A DNA stretch of 64,000 nucleotides from Paraspadella gotoi (GCA_051294375.1 CM119268.1:7369405-7433404), one strand, 5' to 3'. Numbered from the stretch's first letter, positions 41,046 to 58,130 are shown. Made by a program: numbers and translations. The notes: a model not told the origin generated them from the letters alone.

Positions 41046-41769
41046 ATATCACACATTCTTTCTCCTCATCTCTCTCCCTTACTACAAACATTACTCTGAA
41101 GCCCAAAGCGATTTCGATAAAACTCCAAGCACTACAGAATTTGTCCGCTCTTCGTTGTGCATGCTCCGAGTGTCTTTATTATCTTTTTCAACATAAATGG
41201 TTTTTTTAATAATTCGATAAATTATCTCTAATGTTTATGAGTAGAGCGTACTTAGGAACGAATCTATTAACAATATTGCCGATAAAAATCAGTTACAATG
41301 GCAGGATGGATGAGGATATTGATTTGAAACTTGAAATCCTGGTGAAGTTCATAGCTTTAACGCTACGTCATCAAAATGAAAAAAATGGCCCATCTTCTCC
41401 CTATTTCATTTTTCCCCTTTTTTTTCTTTCTCTCCTTTTCCTTTTTTTTTTTTCTTTTTGGTTATTTTCCCATTTCTCTGCCTCCATTTAGTTTGAGATG
41501 TGTCTTTTAAATTATCCATTCTTTTTTTTTAACAACGTAATATCCTCTTTTTCCACTTTTCCTAATTTTGAATAATTTTTTAACTCCTCTTTTTTAATAT
41601 TTTCTCTTTTCTCATCCCCGGATTAAATCTTTTCTCTTTTAACTTTCCTCCAGTTTTCTCTTTCACTTTCGCCGTAAAAACCGATGCGTGAGGGAAAACC
41701 GCAACAAACTCATTTGTTGTTTTGATCGTCATCAAAGGCGCCACCTAGTATGCGGGAGAAGTAGGCTAG

Positions 41770-41804
<35 letters not shown>

Positions 41805-42395
41805 AGAATGCTTTACGATCACAAATCAATAAAATACAATCAGCATCGAATTCGCAAGCAAAAATGCAAGCGAAAATGCAAGCAAAAATACAAGCACCAA
41901 ACGCCATTGCATTGGCTTATGATTCATTGCCGACCAGATCAACGGTGCTGAGTGCAAGAATTTCCGCGCCAAGATGACCCCAGCCACGGTGCCACGGGCG
42001 AGAGTTGCGGCGCCAAAGGCTTCGCTGATGACGCGAGCAAAAGATTCTGGTGACGTTAATGACGGAATTCTTTCCTCGGACTTTTTCTCTCTCTCGCTCT
42101 CCTCCGTCGGAGTTCGGACTGGNNNNNNNNNNNNNNNNNNNNNNNNNATTATGTGGAATAGGATTTTCGGTCAGTTGGCGCTCACTCCCTTTTTTTTTTA
42201 TTTTTCTATATTATTCTTTTCTTTTTTCTTCTTTTTTTTCTCAATGTTGTATCTCTACTACCATTGACTTTTCGGTCTTCGCGTTCCTTTTTTTTTATTT
42301 TCCTTTTTTTATAATATATTTCTCTCTAACGCACTTCCTTTCTTTTGTTTTTTTAATTCCTTGTGCTTATAAGGCATCCATGTCTTTTCTCCTTC

Positions 42396-42482
<87 letters not shown>

Positions 42483-42902
42483 GAGGGAGAGAGAGAAAAG
42501 CTATTCAAAAAATGCCCTCCGACGTCCTCTCAACGCTCCAACCGGGAACTGGATATATAATCGGACGTTGCCTAGCAACGCGAGTAACGACGCAAGAAAA
42601 ACGCCGTCTCGACGCGAGACGTAAGCGGCTTAGCGAGAGCCTGCGTTGCTAGGCAACCGCCGTTATTGACCGAAAAGAGAAAAGCGGCTGAGAAATCGGA
42701 AGTCTTTGTTTTTTTTTACGAAGGAGAAACGAAAAAAAAAGGCGGGGGGAAAAACTAGGAGGAAAAATCGATTTTCGGTCGTTCGGTCCTTGGAACCGAT
42801 GGATTGAGTTTCTTGACACTAGAGTAGAGGACTTGACAGAGAGATTCCATGTAATTGACACCGGATTTAGGGCACTTGACACAGAGATTCCATTTAATTG
42901 AC

Positions 42903-45710
<2,808 letters not shown>

Positions 45711-45937
45711 GATTAGAAACGGCGCAGGGAAGAGAAAACTTCCGTCGATTTTTGGCGTGATACGTCTCTCTCTCTCTCTCTCTCTTCTCTTCTCGTTCTC
45801 TCTCTCTCTCCTAATTTAATCCAGGCGACGCCCGATTTTATCGGNNNNNNNNNNNNNNNNNNNNNNNNNAAAAGATTAGAAACGGCGCAAGGGAAAGAAA
45901 AACTTCGTCGATTTTTGGCTGACGTCTCTCTCTCTCG

Positions 45938-45970
<33 letters not shown>

Positions 45971-46149
45971 ATCTAAACAATGTTGGCATTCTCTCTCTCT
46001 CCTCTCCTATATAGTTTATCCTTGTTTGTTGTTGATCTTTAATAATCCTCTTTTTGATTTTGTTCCGTAATTTCTTTCTTTTTTCTTTTTTTCTTTTTTT
46101 TTTTTTTTATCTTATTTATTTTTCCGTTTTTTTGTCCTTTTTAAAATAG

Positions 46150-49060
46150 TTTTCATCAACTCCTAAATCGGTTTTCCTCTTTTAAAAATCATCTTTTTTT
46201 TAAATATCATTTTACTTTTAAATATCATTTTTCATTTTTATAATATCAGTAACTCCTATAATCGTTTTCCTTTTTTTAAATATCATTTCTCCAACATAAC
46301 TATTCATCCCCCCCCCGTTTTTTACTTTTTTAATATCAATTCATTTTTATATAAATAATCAAGGTAACATACTAAATCGGTTTTCCTTTAAATATCATTT
46401 CTTCCAAATAAACTAATGCGAGATCGGTTTTTTTACTTTTTAAACATCATCCTTTTTTTTTTAAATATCATTCAAACTCCTAAATGGTTTCCTTCTTGAA
46501 TATCATCTTTTGGTTTTAAATATCTATTTTACTTTTTAAATATCATCATTTTTTTAATTAAATATCAGGTAACTCCTTAAATCGGTTTCCTTTTAAATAT
46601 GTCATTTTCCAAAAAATAACTATCATCGGAGCGTGTTTTACTTTTAACATATCATTCCACTTTTTTAAATATCATTCAACTCCTAAATCGTTTCCTTTTA
46701 AATATCATCATATTTTTTTAAATATCATTTCTTACAAATAACTACATCCCGTGTGTTATACTTTTAATATCATCATTTTTTTAAATATCAATCAACTAGT
46801 AAATCGGTTTCTCTTCTTAAATGATTCATTTCTCCAAATAACTAATCATCAGTGTATTCTTATTAACTATTCATCACCTTTTTTACAATATCATCAACTC
46901 CTAAATCCATCGGTTTTCCCTTTTAAATATCATTCTTTTTTTTAAATATTCATTTCTACAAATAACTATCATCCGTAGTTTTACTTATTAAATATCATAA
47001 TTTTCTTTAAATATCAGTAACTCCTAAAATCCGGTTTTTGCGTTTTAAAATAATTCTTTTTCCAAAAGAACTTATCATCGGGTTTTTTACTTTTAACTAT
47101 CATCCTTGTATAAATCATCAACTCCTAAATCGGTTTCCCTTTAAACCTCTCATCTTTATTTTTAAATCATCATTTACCTTAATAAATTATCACATCATTT
47201 TTTAAATATCGAGTACCACTCCTAAATCGGTTCCTTAAATATCATTTTTCCAAATAACTATCTATCAGTGTTTTTACTTTTAACTATCATCACTTTTTAA
47301 TATTATCAACTCCTTAAATCTCGGATTTCCTTTTAAAATATCATTTCCTTTGGAAATATCATGGCGTGACAAATTAACTATCAGCCGCTGTTTTACTTTT
47401 AAATTATATCATTAATTTTTTAAATATCAGTAACTCCTATAATCGGTTTCCTTTTAAATATCATTTTTCCACAATAACTATCATCGGTTTTTACTTTTAA
47501 CTATATTTTTCATTCCCCCTTTTTTTATAAAATAAAAAAAACTATATTTATATCATCAACTTCTAATCGGTGCTTTCCTTATTATAAATAATCATCTTTT
47601 TTTAAAATCATTTTATACTATATTAAATACATCATTATAAATAATCAGTGAACTCCTAATCCGGTTGCTCCTATTAAAAATTATCATTTTTCTCCAAAAT
47701 AACTTATCATCAGTTGTTTTACTTTAATATCATCATCTTTATTATAAATATATATCAACTCCTTAAATCGGATATATCCTTTTAAAAATCATTCTTTTTT
47801 TAAATACATATTCTCCAAAGATAAATATCACCGTATTTTACTTTTAAATATCAGTCTTTTTTAAATATCATTACCTCCTAAATCGAGATTTCCTTTTAAA
47901 TATCATTTCTCCAAATAAACAACCATCCATGTTTTTACTTTTTAAAATAATTCATCATTTTTTAAATATCAGTAAGCTACTAAATCGAGGTTCCCTTTAA
48001 ATATCATTTTTCAATAACTATCATCGGTTTTTTTTACTTTAACTATCATCTTTTTTTTAAATATAAAACTCCTAAATCGGTCCCTTTAAACTGAGTCATC
48101 TTTTTGTTAAAAATATCCATTTTTACATTTAAATATACATCATTTTTCCTTCTAAATATCGGATAACTCCTAAGATCGGTTCCTAATTAATATCATTCTA
48201 CCATAATAACCTTACTCAATTCCGAATGTGTTTTTACTTTTAAATTATCATCATTATTTTTAAAATATCCTAGTATACTACCTCAAAGAAATGCGCTTTC
48301 CTTTTTAAAATATCATTTTCTCCAGAGATAAACTATCATCGCGTATCTCTTTTACTTTTTTCACCTCATCATCCCTTTTTTTAAATATCATTCAAATCCT
48401 AATCGCGCTTTCCTTTTAAATATCATTCTTTTTTTAATTATCATTTTTCTTTTAAATATCAATCAATTTTTAAATATCCAGTAACTCCTAAAATCGGTTT
48501 CCTTTTAAATAACATCCTCTTTTTTTTAAATATCATTTCTCCAACATAACTATCATCCGTTATCTTACCTTTAAATATTCATCAATTTTTAAATTATCAG
48601 TAACTCCTAAATCGGTTTTCTTTTTACAATTCACTTTTTTCCCAACTAAACTATTCATCGGTTATTTTTTTTACTTTTAACTATCATCATTTTTAAATAT
48701 CATCAACTCCTAATTCCGAGTTCCCTCCTCTCCTTACAATAACATCCTTTTTTTATAACTATCATTTCTCAAATAACCTTATTCATCGGGTCTCTTTACA
48801 TATTTAATATCATCATTTTAATAAATATCAAGAGTAACTCCTAAATCGGCGTACTTTTTTTTTAAATAGTCATTACAGATTTTTCCCAGTAACTATCATC
48901 GCAGTTTTGTTTTACTTTTAACTATCATACAATTTTTTAAATATCACAACTCCTAAATCTGTTTCCTTTATTAAATACGAGTCTTTTTTTTTACCAATTC
49001 CCATTTAACTCAAAATAACTATCCAAGTCCCGTGTTATCTCTACTTAAATATCATCAATT
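46150..49060. repeat. AT-rich tandem satellite, ~90-120-bp monomers (about 27), core aactcctaaatcggtttccttttaaatatcat
   Basis: The core motif recurs every ~90-120 bp together with aaataactatcatc and ttttacttttaa submotifs. Copies are noisy. Confidence 0.92.
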
Positions 49061-50271
49061 TTTAGGTTAAACAATTATGTAAAGAAAGAAATATGATTAT
49101 AAAAAAAGAAAGAAAGAATCGGCTAACCGCGGTTAATTCTCATAAATAAAATTCGAGTCCACGCCCTCTTTTTTTCCCTTTTCTCCTTATCACCCTCCCC
49201 CCCCTTCCCAAAAAAAGCTTTTTGACAGATGGGTTTCGCTCCAAAGTCACAAAAATGGTCGATACATCTGTCCGCGCTCATTTTTATTTTTCCAACCATT
49301 TTTTTCCTCTCTCCCTTTCCCTCGGGCTGCCAAAAAAAGAACACGGCGGAAAAAGATTACATCAAAAATAAAAATTAATAACTCGAAATGGTAGAAAAGG
49401 AAAAAAAATTAAGTAAATAAACGTCGAGAGCGAGGATAAGAAATTAATTTGGTTATTTATTTTCTGATCGATCGGCTCAAAAAAAATCTCAGTTTCGTGT
49501 TTGTAGCGACTTGTAACTTCCGATTGGCTTCCGACCGAAGAACAGTCTGGTGACAACGTGGCCAATGCTGTTTTTGGTGCTGGTCATGAAAATTGATATC
49601 GATGACAGCGTGGCCAAAGTCACGGTCGGCGTGTCAAAAGCAGTTGCAACGACATAATTAAATGTAAGTGAAAACGAATTTTCCAAATTTTGGAAAATTA
49701 ATTTCATAAATTACGAACATGACGAAACATCGTGCGGATAATACTGGATTGGGCATTTTCTACTCCCCCCCCCAAAAAAATAATATTATAGTTGATGTTT
49801 AAAATGTTGTCTCTGACGGCAGCTGTCCTCAAAAAATGAAAATCAAGATGAACATCAAATGGAAAAGATGGCGCCAACAACGAGCCAGAGCAGCGTCGAT
49901 GCCAGAGCATCAAAACGATATCTCAAATCGATTTTAAAATTAAATTAAATTAAAATTACTATCGGATCTTTTTTTAGAAAACAAAATATGAGGAGAATAA
50001 AACTTAGGTTAAGCTAATAAAAAAAAAACTGTAAATAAATCAGTTTTGTTTTTGTTTTTTTAATCTTGAAAAGTTTTTCTCGTCTCTCTCATGAATTTCT
50101 CCACGAGGCAATCGAAAGACCTCCCAAAATCGTTTTCCTTATCTGAAATGAAATGAGAGCTTTTTTCTTTTTCGATTTTATTGGTTGAAGAAAAATTAAT
50201 TTTTTATCGGCAAAAAAAAAAACACTTTTCTTTAAACTAAAATGGTTTTCCCACGAACTATACAAAATATA

Positions 50272-50331
<60 letters not shown>

Positions 50332-50430
50332 CATATGAAACTAAAGAAAGAAAAAATGAGGAAGTTAAGATTAGGTAAATACGAGTAAATCTTTTTTTGT
50401 ATCCAACCATGAGAGAGAGAGAGAGATAGA

Positions 50431-50486
<56 letters not shown>

Positions 50487-50487
50487 A

Positions 50488-50537
<50 letters not shown>

Positions 50538-53500
50538 AGGATAGTCTAAATAAAAAAGTCAGAGTTTTTTTTAATATATTCTTTGACCGGCCAATGTAGA
50601 ATGATGGCAATATTCTATTTTTTAAGTTTCAAAAAATCCGACCATAAATATAGAAAAATATTAACCAAAATCTTCGGAAAATCCACCCCTTCTTTTGGAA
50701 GATTTTCGCCATATAAGATTTTCAGAATCTGACTCCCGGTGAAAACTCTTAGAATTCCGATCATTAGCTCCTCTTTATACTTTTACTTTAAATAAAAATT
50801 TCAACCAAATATGACTTAATTCACTTTAACATGATAGTAATCATATTCTAATAACCAAAATGAAATGGTAAAGAAAATTTGAGAGCCTTCAGACATATGC
50901 TATCAGACTTCCTGAATTCGAAGTCTCTATCCGCTATAAATGATCAACATTACCTAAAGCGTTGACATGTATTGAAGTGAGAAATCCCTTTATTTTATAT
51001 ATAAAAAATTGCATCAAAAATATTTTCCCGAAGAGGACCAGTCCATTTGAATCGAATGGTTCTATGTCCAAATGATGGTTATTTGGTCAGAGAAAAAAAT
51101 GCGAGCCCTTCAGAATGCAACAGGATCGAATCGAGTGTTTTTTAAAATCTATTTTTCTCCTGAATTTCTACCCAGGGGCGTTGACATCTTATGGTTGTAT
51201 CAGATTTAACAAAAATCATCGATTGAAAAAGTCTTCCTCGATTTCTAAGAACGACGTAGACTACCTAAAATAGAGTCATATGTTGAATATATTGAAATCA
51301 CAAAGTTAAGCTTTAAGGCCATGTTGTTTTAAATGCTTGAAAAAGAGAGGAGAGAGACGAGAGCAGAAGACGAGATGAGAGAGAGAGAAGAGAGAGACGA
51401 GAGCGACGAGAGAGAAGAGAATGAATTCTCACATGCAAGCTAAATTTTTCAAGCTTTTTCTTTTCAGGAAATAAATATTGAAGAGTTCTTCAAAAAAAAA
51501 CAAAAAAAGGAAAATACTCAACCCATCTTTAAGACCAAACGATTTAAAATTTTCGGGTTTGGCGGAATTTTTTATTTTTTCACTCGTTAATCTTTTACAT
51601 AATTATTTTTCAACATTTTTTTTTTATTTCATCGAACAGCGAAAAAGAGATATTTACTTTTTTTTTCTTTGTTTTCCCGTCGGGTCACGGGACGACGTTC
51701 GTCCGATCAAAACAAAGACAAAGTTTTTCTCTTTTTTTTTTAATTGGTGGAAAGAAAAATCCACTAAATCGCAATTATTCCGATAATCGGTATTTAAACG
51801 AGATAATAGAATTCTTATTTAAATAAAATCTATTTTTTTAGGAACAAAATCTTTCTTGTTCTTTTTTTTTTCATAATAAAATTATTTTGAGGATTAAAAA
51901 ATCCGGTGTGTTGAGAACCTCGTCGATGACGTCGTTTTCGACGACCAATCAGAATCGAGATCGGGAGATTCGTTACTTTTCGAAAGAGCGACGACGTCAA
52001 TGAGAGCATATTTTTTCTTCCTTTTTTTTTTAAATCAAGAGATGAAGAAAGTTAAGTTGACCGGATAAAATAGGGTGGGTGGAGTTTGAAAAAATGGTAA
52101 GATTTGACAGAAAAAGTGATAAAGATAGATATTGCTGAACGGATACTGGATTACAAGAAAAAAAAACGGAAAAAGAGATTAATGTAAAATGCGCTCTTAG
52201 TATTATAATTATCATAAAACGGGATTTTTGTAGAGACTACAAAAAAAAAGAAGAAAAGCTCAGAGAGAAAAAAAAAATTCGAGGATGATAAGAGGACAGA
52301 AATGACAAAAATATATTCATATGAAACGAAAATTGTCACGTTTGAATATAAATTGTCACGTTAAGAAAAGCGAAAGAGAAAGAAGTCACGATTGTCTCAA
52401 GTCGTTCCTCCCGTGACGATTTCATTTTCCCTTTTATTTTTAGTTTTTTTTTCCTTTTTTTTCCCCTTGATTGCCTTTTTCCTTTTTTTTCTCTTTCCTA
52501 TTTTTATTCTCTCGTTCTCTTTACTATTTAATCTCTCTCTCTCTCTCTCACCTCTCTTTCTTCCTCCAAAGTTTTCTCTTTATTTTTTTCCTTTACACCG
52601 CAACTCATTCTCCCTCTTTTCTCCCTCCCTCCTCTCCCTTCTCTCCCTCTCCCTCTCTCGCCAAACAAGAAAACAAAAGCGTTTCTTTGGTCAGAAGCCA
52701 AATTCACTCTGACGAAAATGAGAATCTCGAAACAGATCCTTCGCCCGGCGATGATTGCGAGATGGGAGGCCGAGAATGTCTTTTTCTCCCGTTTCCTTAT
52801 TTTTTTCTTCTTTTTGGCTCTTTTGCCTTTTTCTTCCTTTCTTTTTCCTTATTTTCTTTCTCTATTTTTTCTTAATCTTTTAAGTGTTTCGTTCATTTCC
52901 CCTTTTTTCCCCCCAGTTTTTTTTTCCAACTGCGTGACGTAAAGATAAAAACAGGGAACTATTATCCGAAATCGCCCCATTTCTGTTCCTAATCCCTTAC
53001 CTTAATTTTAACCTTAATATTTACTTTTTGATCTTTTCTCAAATATATAGATTAATTCTTAACCCTAGCCTAATCCTTAATCCTTAATCTCTAATTTCAA
53101 TCCCTATTTGCTATCTCCTAACCCTAATCAAATCCCTAACCCTCGTCTCTAACTTAATCCCTATCCTCGTACCAAATATTTAAACCTGAAAACAAACTCG
53201 ATCCTGAATTTAAGCTAAAACGGGGCGCTTACGAGAAATATGGCCGAAAAAAAACCCGAATCTGCCACCGAGGAAGAACTGAGCCGGTGATGTTTCGAAC
53301 TTGGCTCGCGGATGCTGACGGAAATTGGCTCATCGAAGACGACGGCCTCTTTTTTTTGGCGGGAAAAAAATGGGAGGAAGGGGAAAAAGAGCGGGCGGTG
53401 ATTAACCAATTAACGGGTTAATCTCCCTTCGAACGGCTGGACCTTCTCAGAAATGTTCCGATCCCCATATTCTAAAAAAAAAGTAAGTTAAGTAAGTTAA

Positions 53501-53785
53501 GTACGAATTGATTTGAGAGTCACCGCCTTCGCCACTCGCTGACGAATATCGATCAGTCATCACGGACTTAACTAAAATTGTTAAAATAGCTATAAATGCC
53601 ACTAAATTCTCAAAGAGAAACGGGAACCCTCGGTTAAACAACCTCGATAAATTTAAAGCATAAAACCAATAAAATCAACACATTTTCTCGTTCAAATCCG
53701 CGCTGCCGTGTCCCGCCATTTTTTTCTCTCTCTTCCAGGCGCGACGCACCCTCCTATCTCTCCTCCCCACTCTCCACCCTTCCTG

Positions 53786-53820
<35 letters not shown>

Positions 53821-54790
53821 CTCTCTTCTTCTCTCTCTCTCTCCTCTCTCTCTCTTCCTACATTCTCGTCAATCTCTCTCTGCCCCCTCGTGCAAACTTT
53901 TTTACATAGTTTTTTTTTATTCTCGAAAATATAAATCTTTCAATTTCAAGTTCAAACTGAGTGATAATGAAAAGATTTGGGACATAATGAAGAGATTTTC
54001 GATCGTAAACAGAAGTGACAAGAGACGTCTTCAGTCTCAAGAGATCGACGGGGGTTGAATGGGTGCGTCGAACTGGAGGCGGCGTCGACGCTGCTGGCGA
54101 CGGCGCTGGGAGACGGAGCTCCTGACGCTGCCGACGTCGATGTTACTGATGTGACGGTCGCCAGCGTCAGCGAAATATAAACGATATAAACGTCTTTGGT
54201 TTTTATTCTCCATTATTTTAAATATGTTTGAATTTATTTAACAATTTGACAGTTTATTTTATTGGTTGATTTTATGATATAGTCCGCGTCGATAAGAAAC
54301 GTAGCAGACACTTACAGAATATATTTTTTGAAAAAGTTATTAAATTTTTTAATATTAAATAAATTTGTCAAACGCGAAATTCAGCCAAACTTAAATACTT
54401 GTAGATACAATTGTACAAGATACAAAAATAAAGAACCATTGAAAAAACTGCCTTAACATTATATAGTTATATTCTTCTGCATAACCCTAACTCGAAAGGA
54501 TTAATGCGTGCCCGATCGAATGGGAAACGAAAAGTCCGCGTCTTCAGGGTTCAAGTCTATCGGGTTCACGCTCAAGGGTTCACGCTCGAGACTCGCGTTT
54601 GCCGGCATCGTGAAAGTTCACCGCTCTAATTTCTGATATTATAATTGTTTCTTGTTAATTTTTTTTTTTTTCGGTCTTTCGATGAGTAAACGTATTAAAA
54701 AAGAATAAAAAAGAAAAATTATAATCGGCGGGGAAATGGATTTATATCGACAATGATGTTGTTTCAAGAATCACGGGGGCTTTTTCTCTC

Positions 54791-54830
<40 letters not shown>

Positions 54831-55023
54831 CCTCTCTCTCCTCTCTTCTCTCTTTTTAACTATCTTTTAATCTATTTTTTTAATTTTAACTCAACCTGAC
54901 CAAAGATTTTTAATCGCGAGCGCAGTGGCGCCCGAGCACCGACGTTGAACAACCCAATCGTTGTAAAAAAAAACGCCCATCCAAAGTTGACGAAACGGGA
55001 GTGGAGAGAGAGAGAGGGAGAGG

Positions 55024-55131
<108 letters not shown>

Positions 55132-55302
55132 AAGATTGAACAATGACCTTAAACAGTTTTTCAAAAAAAAAATTTAAATGGACGAATGACCCGGAGGGAT
55201 AAACTTGATTGAATTATTTAGAGAAATTTAAACTTCTTCATTTGACGAAAAAACAGTGGAACGAAAAAGCGAAATTTGGAAGAAAAAATAGATTTATTAT
55301 TA

Positions 55303-55365
<63 letters not shown>

Positions 55366-55428
55366 CATTAACACTAACTCCGCACATTTATCTTCATACC
55401 TCTCTCCCCTATCCGCTCGCTCTATCCC

Positions 55429-55499
<71 letters not shown>

Positions 55500-55634
55500 C
55501 CTTAATTGATTCCCATCGCAGAAATCTGTCTCGCGTCATTAGAAGCGAACTTCGGAAAATCATTTTCCGTCCAAAGAAAATGAAGGGAAAAAAATCTTAA
55601 AAGCAATAGAAATCGAGCCAGCTTTCGATGGTAA

Positions 55635-55840
55635 CCAATATTAATGCGATGATAACTAAATATTGATGCGATGATAACCAATAATTGATGCGATGATAAT
55701 AAAATAACTGATGTGATGATAATCAAATGATTGATGCGATGATAGTCATTCATTGATGTGATGATAATCATTCATTGATATGATGATAATCATTCATTTG
55801 ATGCGATGATAGTCATTCATTGACGCGATGAGTCATTCAT
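55635..55840. repeat. Degenerate ~21-22-bp minisatellite (tgatgcgatgataatcattcat-like)
   Basis: About nine successive gatg(c/t)gatgata(a/g) cores. Confidence 0.75.
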
Positions 55841-55872
55841 CGTAAATAAAACAAACAAATGCGTGTATGAAT

Positions 55873-55945
<73 letters not shown>

Positions 55946-56014
55946 TGAGAGAGGCTGGTCAGTTTTCACTCTCGTTTATATAAAGTATAATCAGAATTTT
56001 TAGAAAAAAAATTC

Positions 56015-56101
56015 ACGAAAATCTCGGATGTAAATTTGGGATTTTGTATTGCAGAAAAAAGCGCGGAATAAATGGCGGAATAAATAGAAAGAAAAAAGAG
56101 A

Positions 56102-56172
<71 letters not shown>

Positions 56173-57039
56173 AGAAAGATAGAGAGAAGCCTGGACCGCC
56201 CTGCAGAGCTGAACTCGTTTTTCGACGTATCTGAGTAGGGACGAACTCTTTTCCTTTCCTTTGAATGAAATTTTAGATTGTTCTTTTTTTTTAAGAAGAA
56301 ACCAGACCGAGGTCAAATTTCATATTTGCATATTTAACTAATTTATAAATATTTATCCAACTCAAATAATTTATTTAAAAAAAGAATAAAAATGATTAAA
56401 TATATACACTAAAAAAATTTACAATTTTAAAATTGTAAAAATTATTAGAATAACAAAAAAAGTAATGTTTAATTTGACAATATCTCTCTTCTCAACTCCT
56501 ATTCTTAGATATAATTGCCAATAGTGGCCGACCGGATCCAAAGTTACAGTAATAAACAAAACAAAAAAAATTTTTTTGTTAGAAAGTTATATATGTATTA
56601 AATTAATCCGCGCAATTGCCGGACATATAGCAGCTATATGTACAGCAGCAAGCTGATGTACATGTGACATTGCCTGCATTATAAGTTATTTTTCCTTTTT
56701 TCTAAAGGAATCCATGAAAATCTCGGATGTAAGTTTGGGATTTTGTATAGAAGAAAAAAATAAATGGCGATAATAAAAGTTTTTAGAAGGAAAAAAATAA
56801 TAGAATTTTTCAAAAAACGAACGGTCGTACATAGAGAGAGAGACAGAGAGAGAGAGAGAGTGAAAAAAAAAGTGACTAAAAAATTAAAAAAAAAAAAAAG
56901 AAGAGAGATAGAGAGATAGAGAGAGCCGGAAACTCGTTTACTCGTCGCGCAGTGACGGAGGTGAAAAAAAGGTGACTAAAATTATTTTTGTACACAAAAA
57001 AAGAGATAGAAAGAGAGAAAGAGAGAGAGAGACAGATAG

Positions 57040-57092
<53 letters not shown>

Positions 57093-57155
57093 AAGAGAGA
57101 GAGCCGGAACTCGTTTACAAGTGAATAAATTTTTTTGTAAAAAAAAAAAAAGAGA

Positions 57156-57241
<86 letters not shown>

Positions 57242-57586
57242 TTTTCCCGCCAACGATACGCATATTAGGGTCACGTCTTGTTTATATCTGGCGTGATCTC
57301 GGTCAAGTTGATTTTTTTTATACACGTAACGCGTTATTAGGTCATGTTCCTCGACATTGTTTAACTCGTTGCCCCGCAACGGCCACGAAATCCAGGTCAA
57401 GTAAGTTATTCTTCACATTTTCTCCAAAAAATCCACGAAAATCTCAGATGTTAAATTTGGGATTTTGTATTGAGAAAGAAGCCGCGGAATAAATGGCGAT
57501 AATAAAAGTTTTTAGAAGGAAAGAAATAAATAAGAATTTTCAAAAAACGGTGGTAAAAAACAAAGTGAATAATTTTTTTTTTTGTA

Positions 57587-57649
<63 letters not shown>

Positions 57650-57680
57650 GAGAGAGAGAGAGCCTGGAACTCGTATATTT
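56015..57680 (+). repeat. Compound local repeat: three copies of aaaatctcggatgtaaatttgggattttgtat...taaatggcg...(AG)n-agccggaactcg
   Basis: Copies start near 56015, 56715 and 57435. Extra (AG)n-gccggaactcgttta sub-units end near 56940 and 57118. Confidence 0.75.
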
Positions 57681-57838
57681 TTTTTAAACGATTCAAGAAA
57701 ACGGCAGCGCCTAAAAAAAAATATATATAATTAAAAATAAATAAAAGAAAGGCAAAAAAATGTTACAATGGTTTACAATTGGAAACTTTTCCAATTTTTT
57801 CCAATCGCAGCTTGTAAAAGATTTTATTTTTATTTGTA

Positions 57839-58130
57839 TTAAAATTAAGATATAGCTTCTCATTAAAAAAATCCTTTGAAGTTCCCATTTTTATTAGAAA
57901 TTAAAAAAAATTTTTGAATTTCATCTTCAATATTATATACTGCAATATGTAAAGTTAGCTTAAAGCATTTCTATATACTAATTTGGATATTATAATGAGT
58001 ACTATAATCTCATTTGCATATTGCAGTAAATCATAATGAAGTGGAAATTCAAACAAAAAATACTTAAATCCAAATGTAATAAGAAAATATCAAAGCTATT
58101 TTAAGTTGAGAAGCCATATCTAATTTTTAA
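57839..58130. mobile_element. Decayed foldback / MITE-like palindrome (~115-bp arms, ~60-bp spacer)
   Basis: Left arm aaaattaagatatagcttctca...tttgaatttcatcttca...tactgcaatatgtaaa. Right arm reverse complement aaaattagatatggcttctca...tttgaatttccacttca...tactgcaatatgcaaa. Confidence 0.55.

Noticed and set aside
46150-49060. Repeat-spacer-like periodicity suggesting a CRISPR array
   Set aside because: The inter-core sequences are themselves repeats, not unique spacers. There are no cas genes and the context is eukaryotic. It is a satellite.
54060-54180. GC-rich island with short open frames on both strands
   Set aside because: Short, no recognisable motif and no convincing pair of splice sites.
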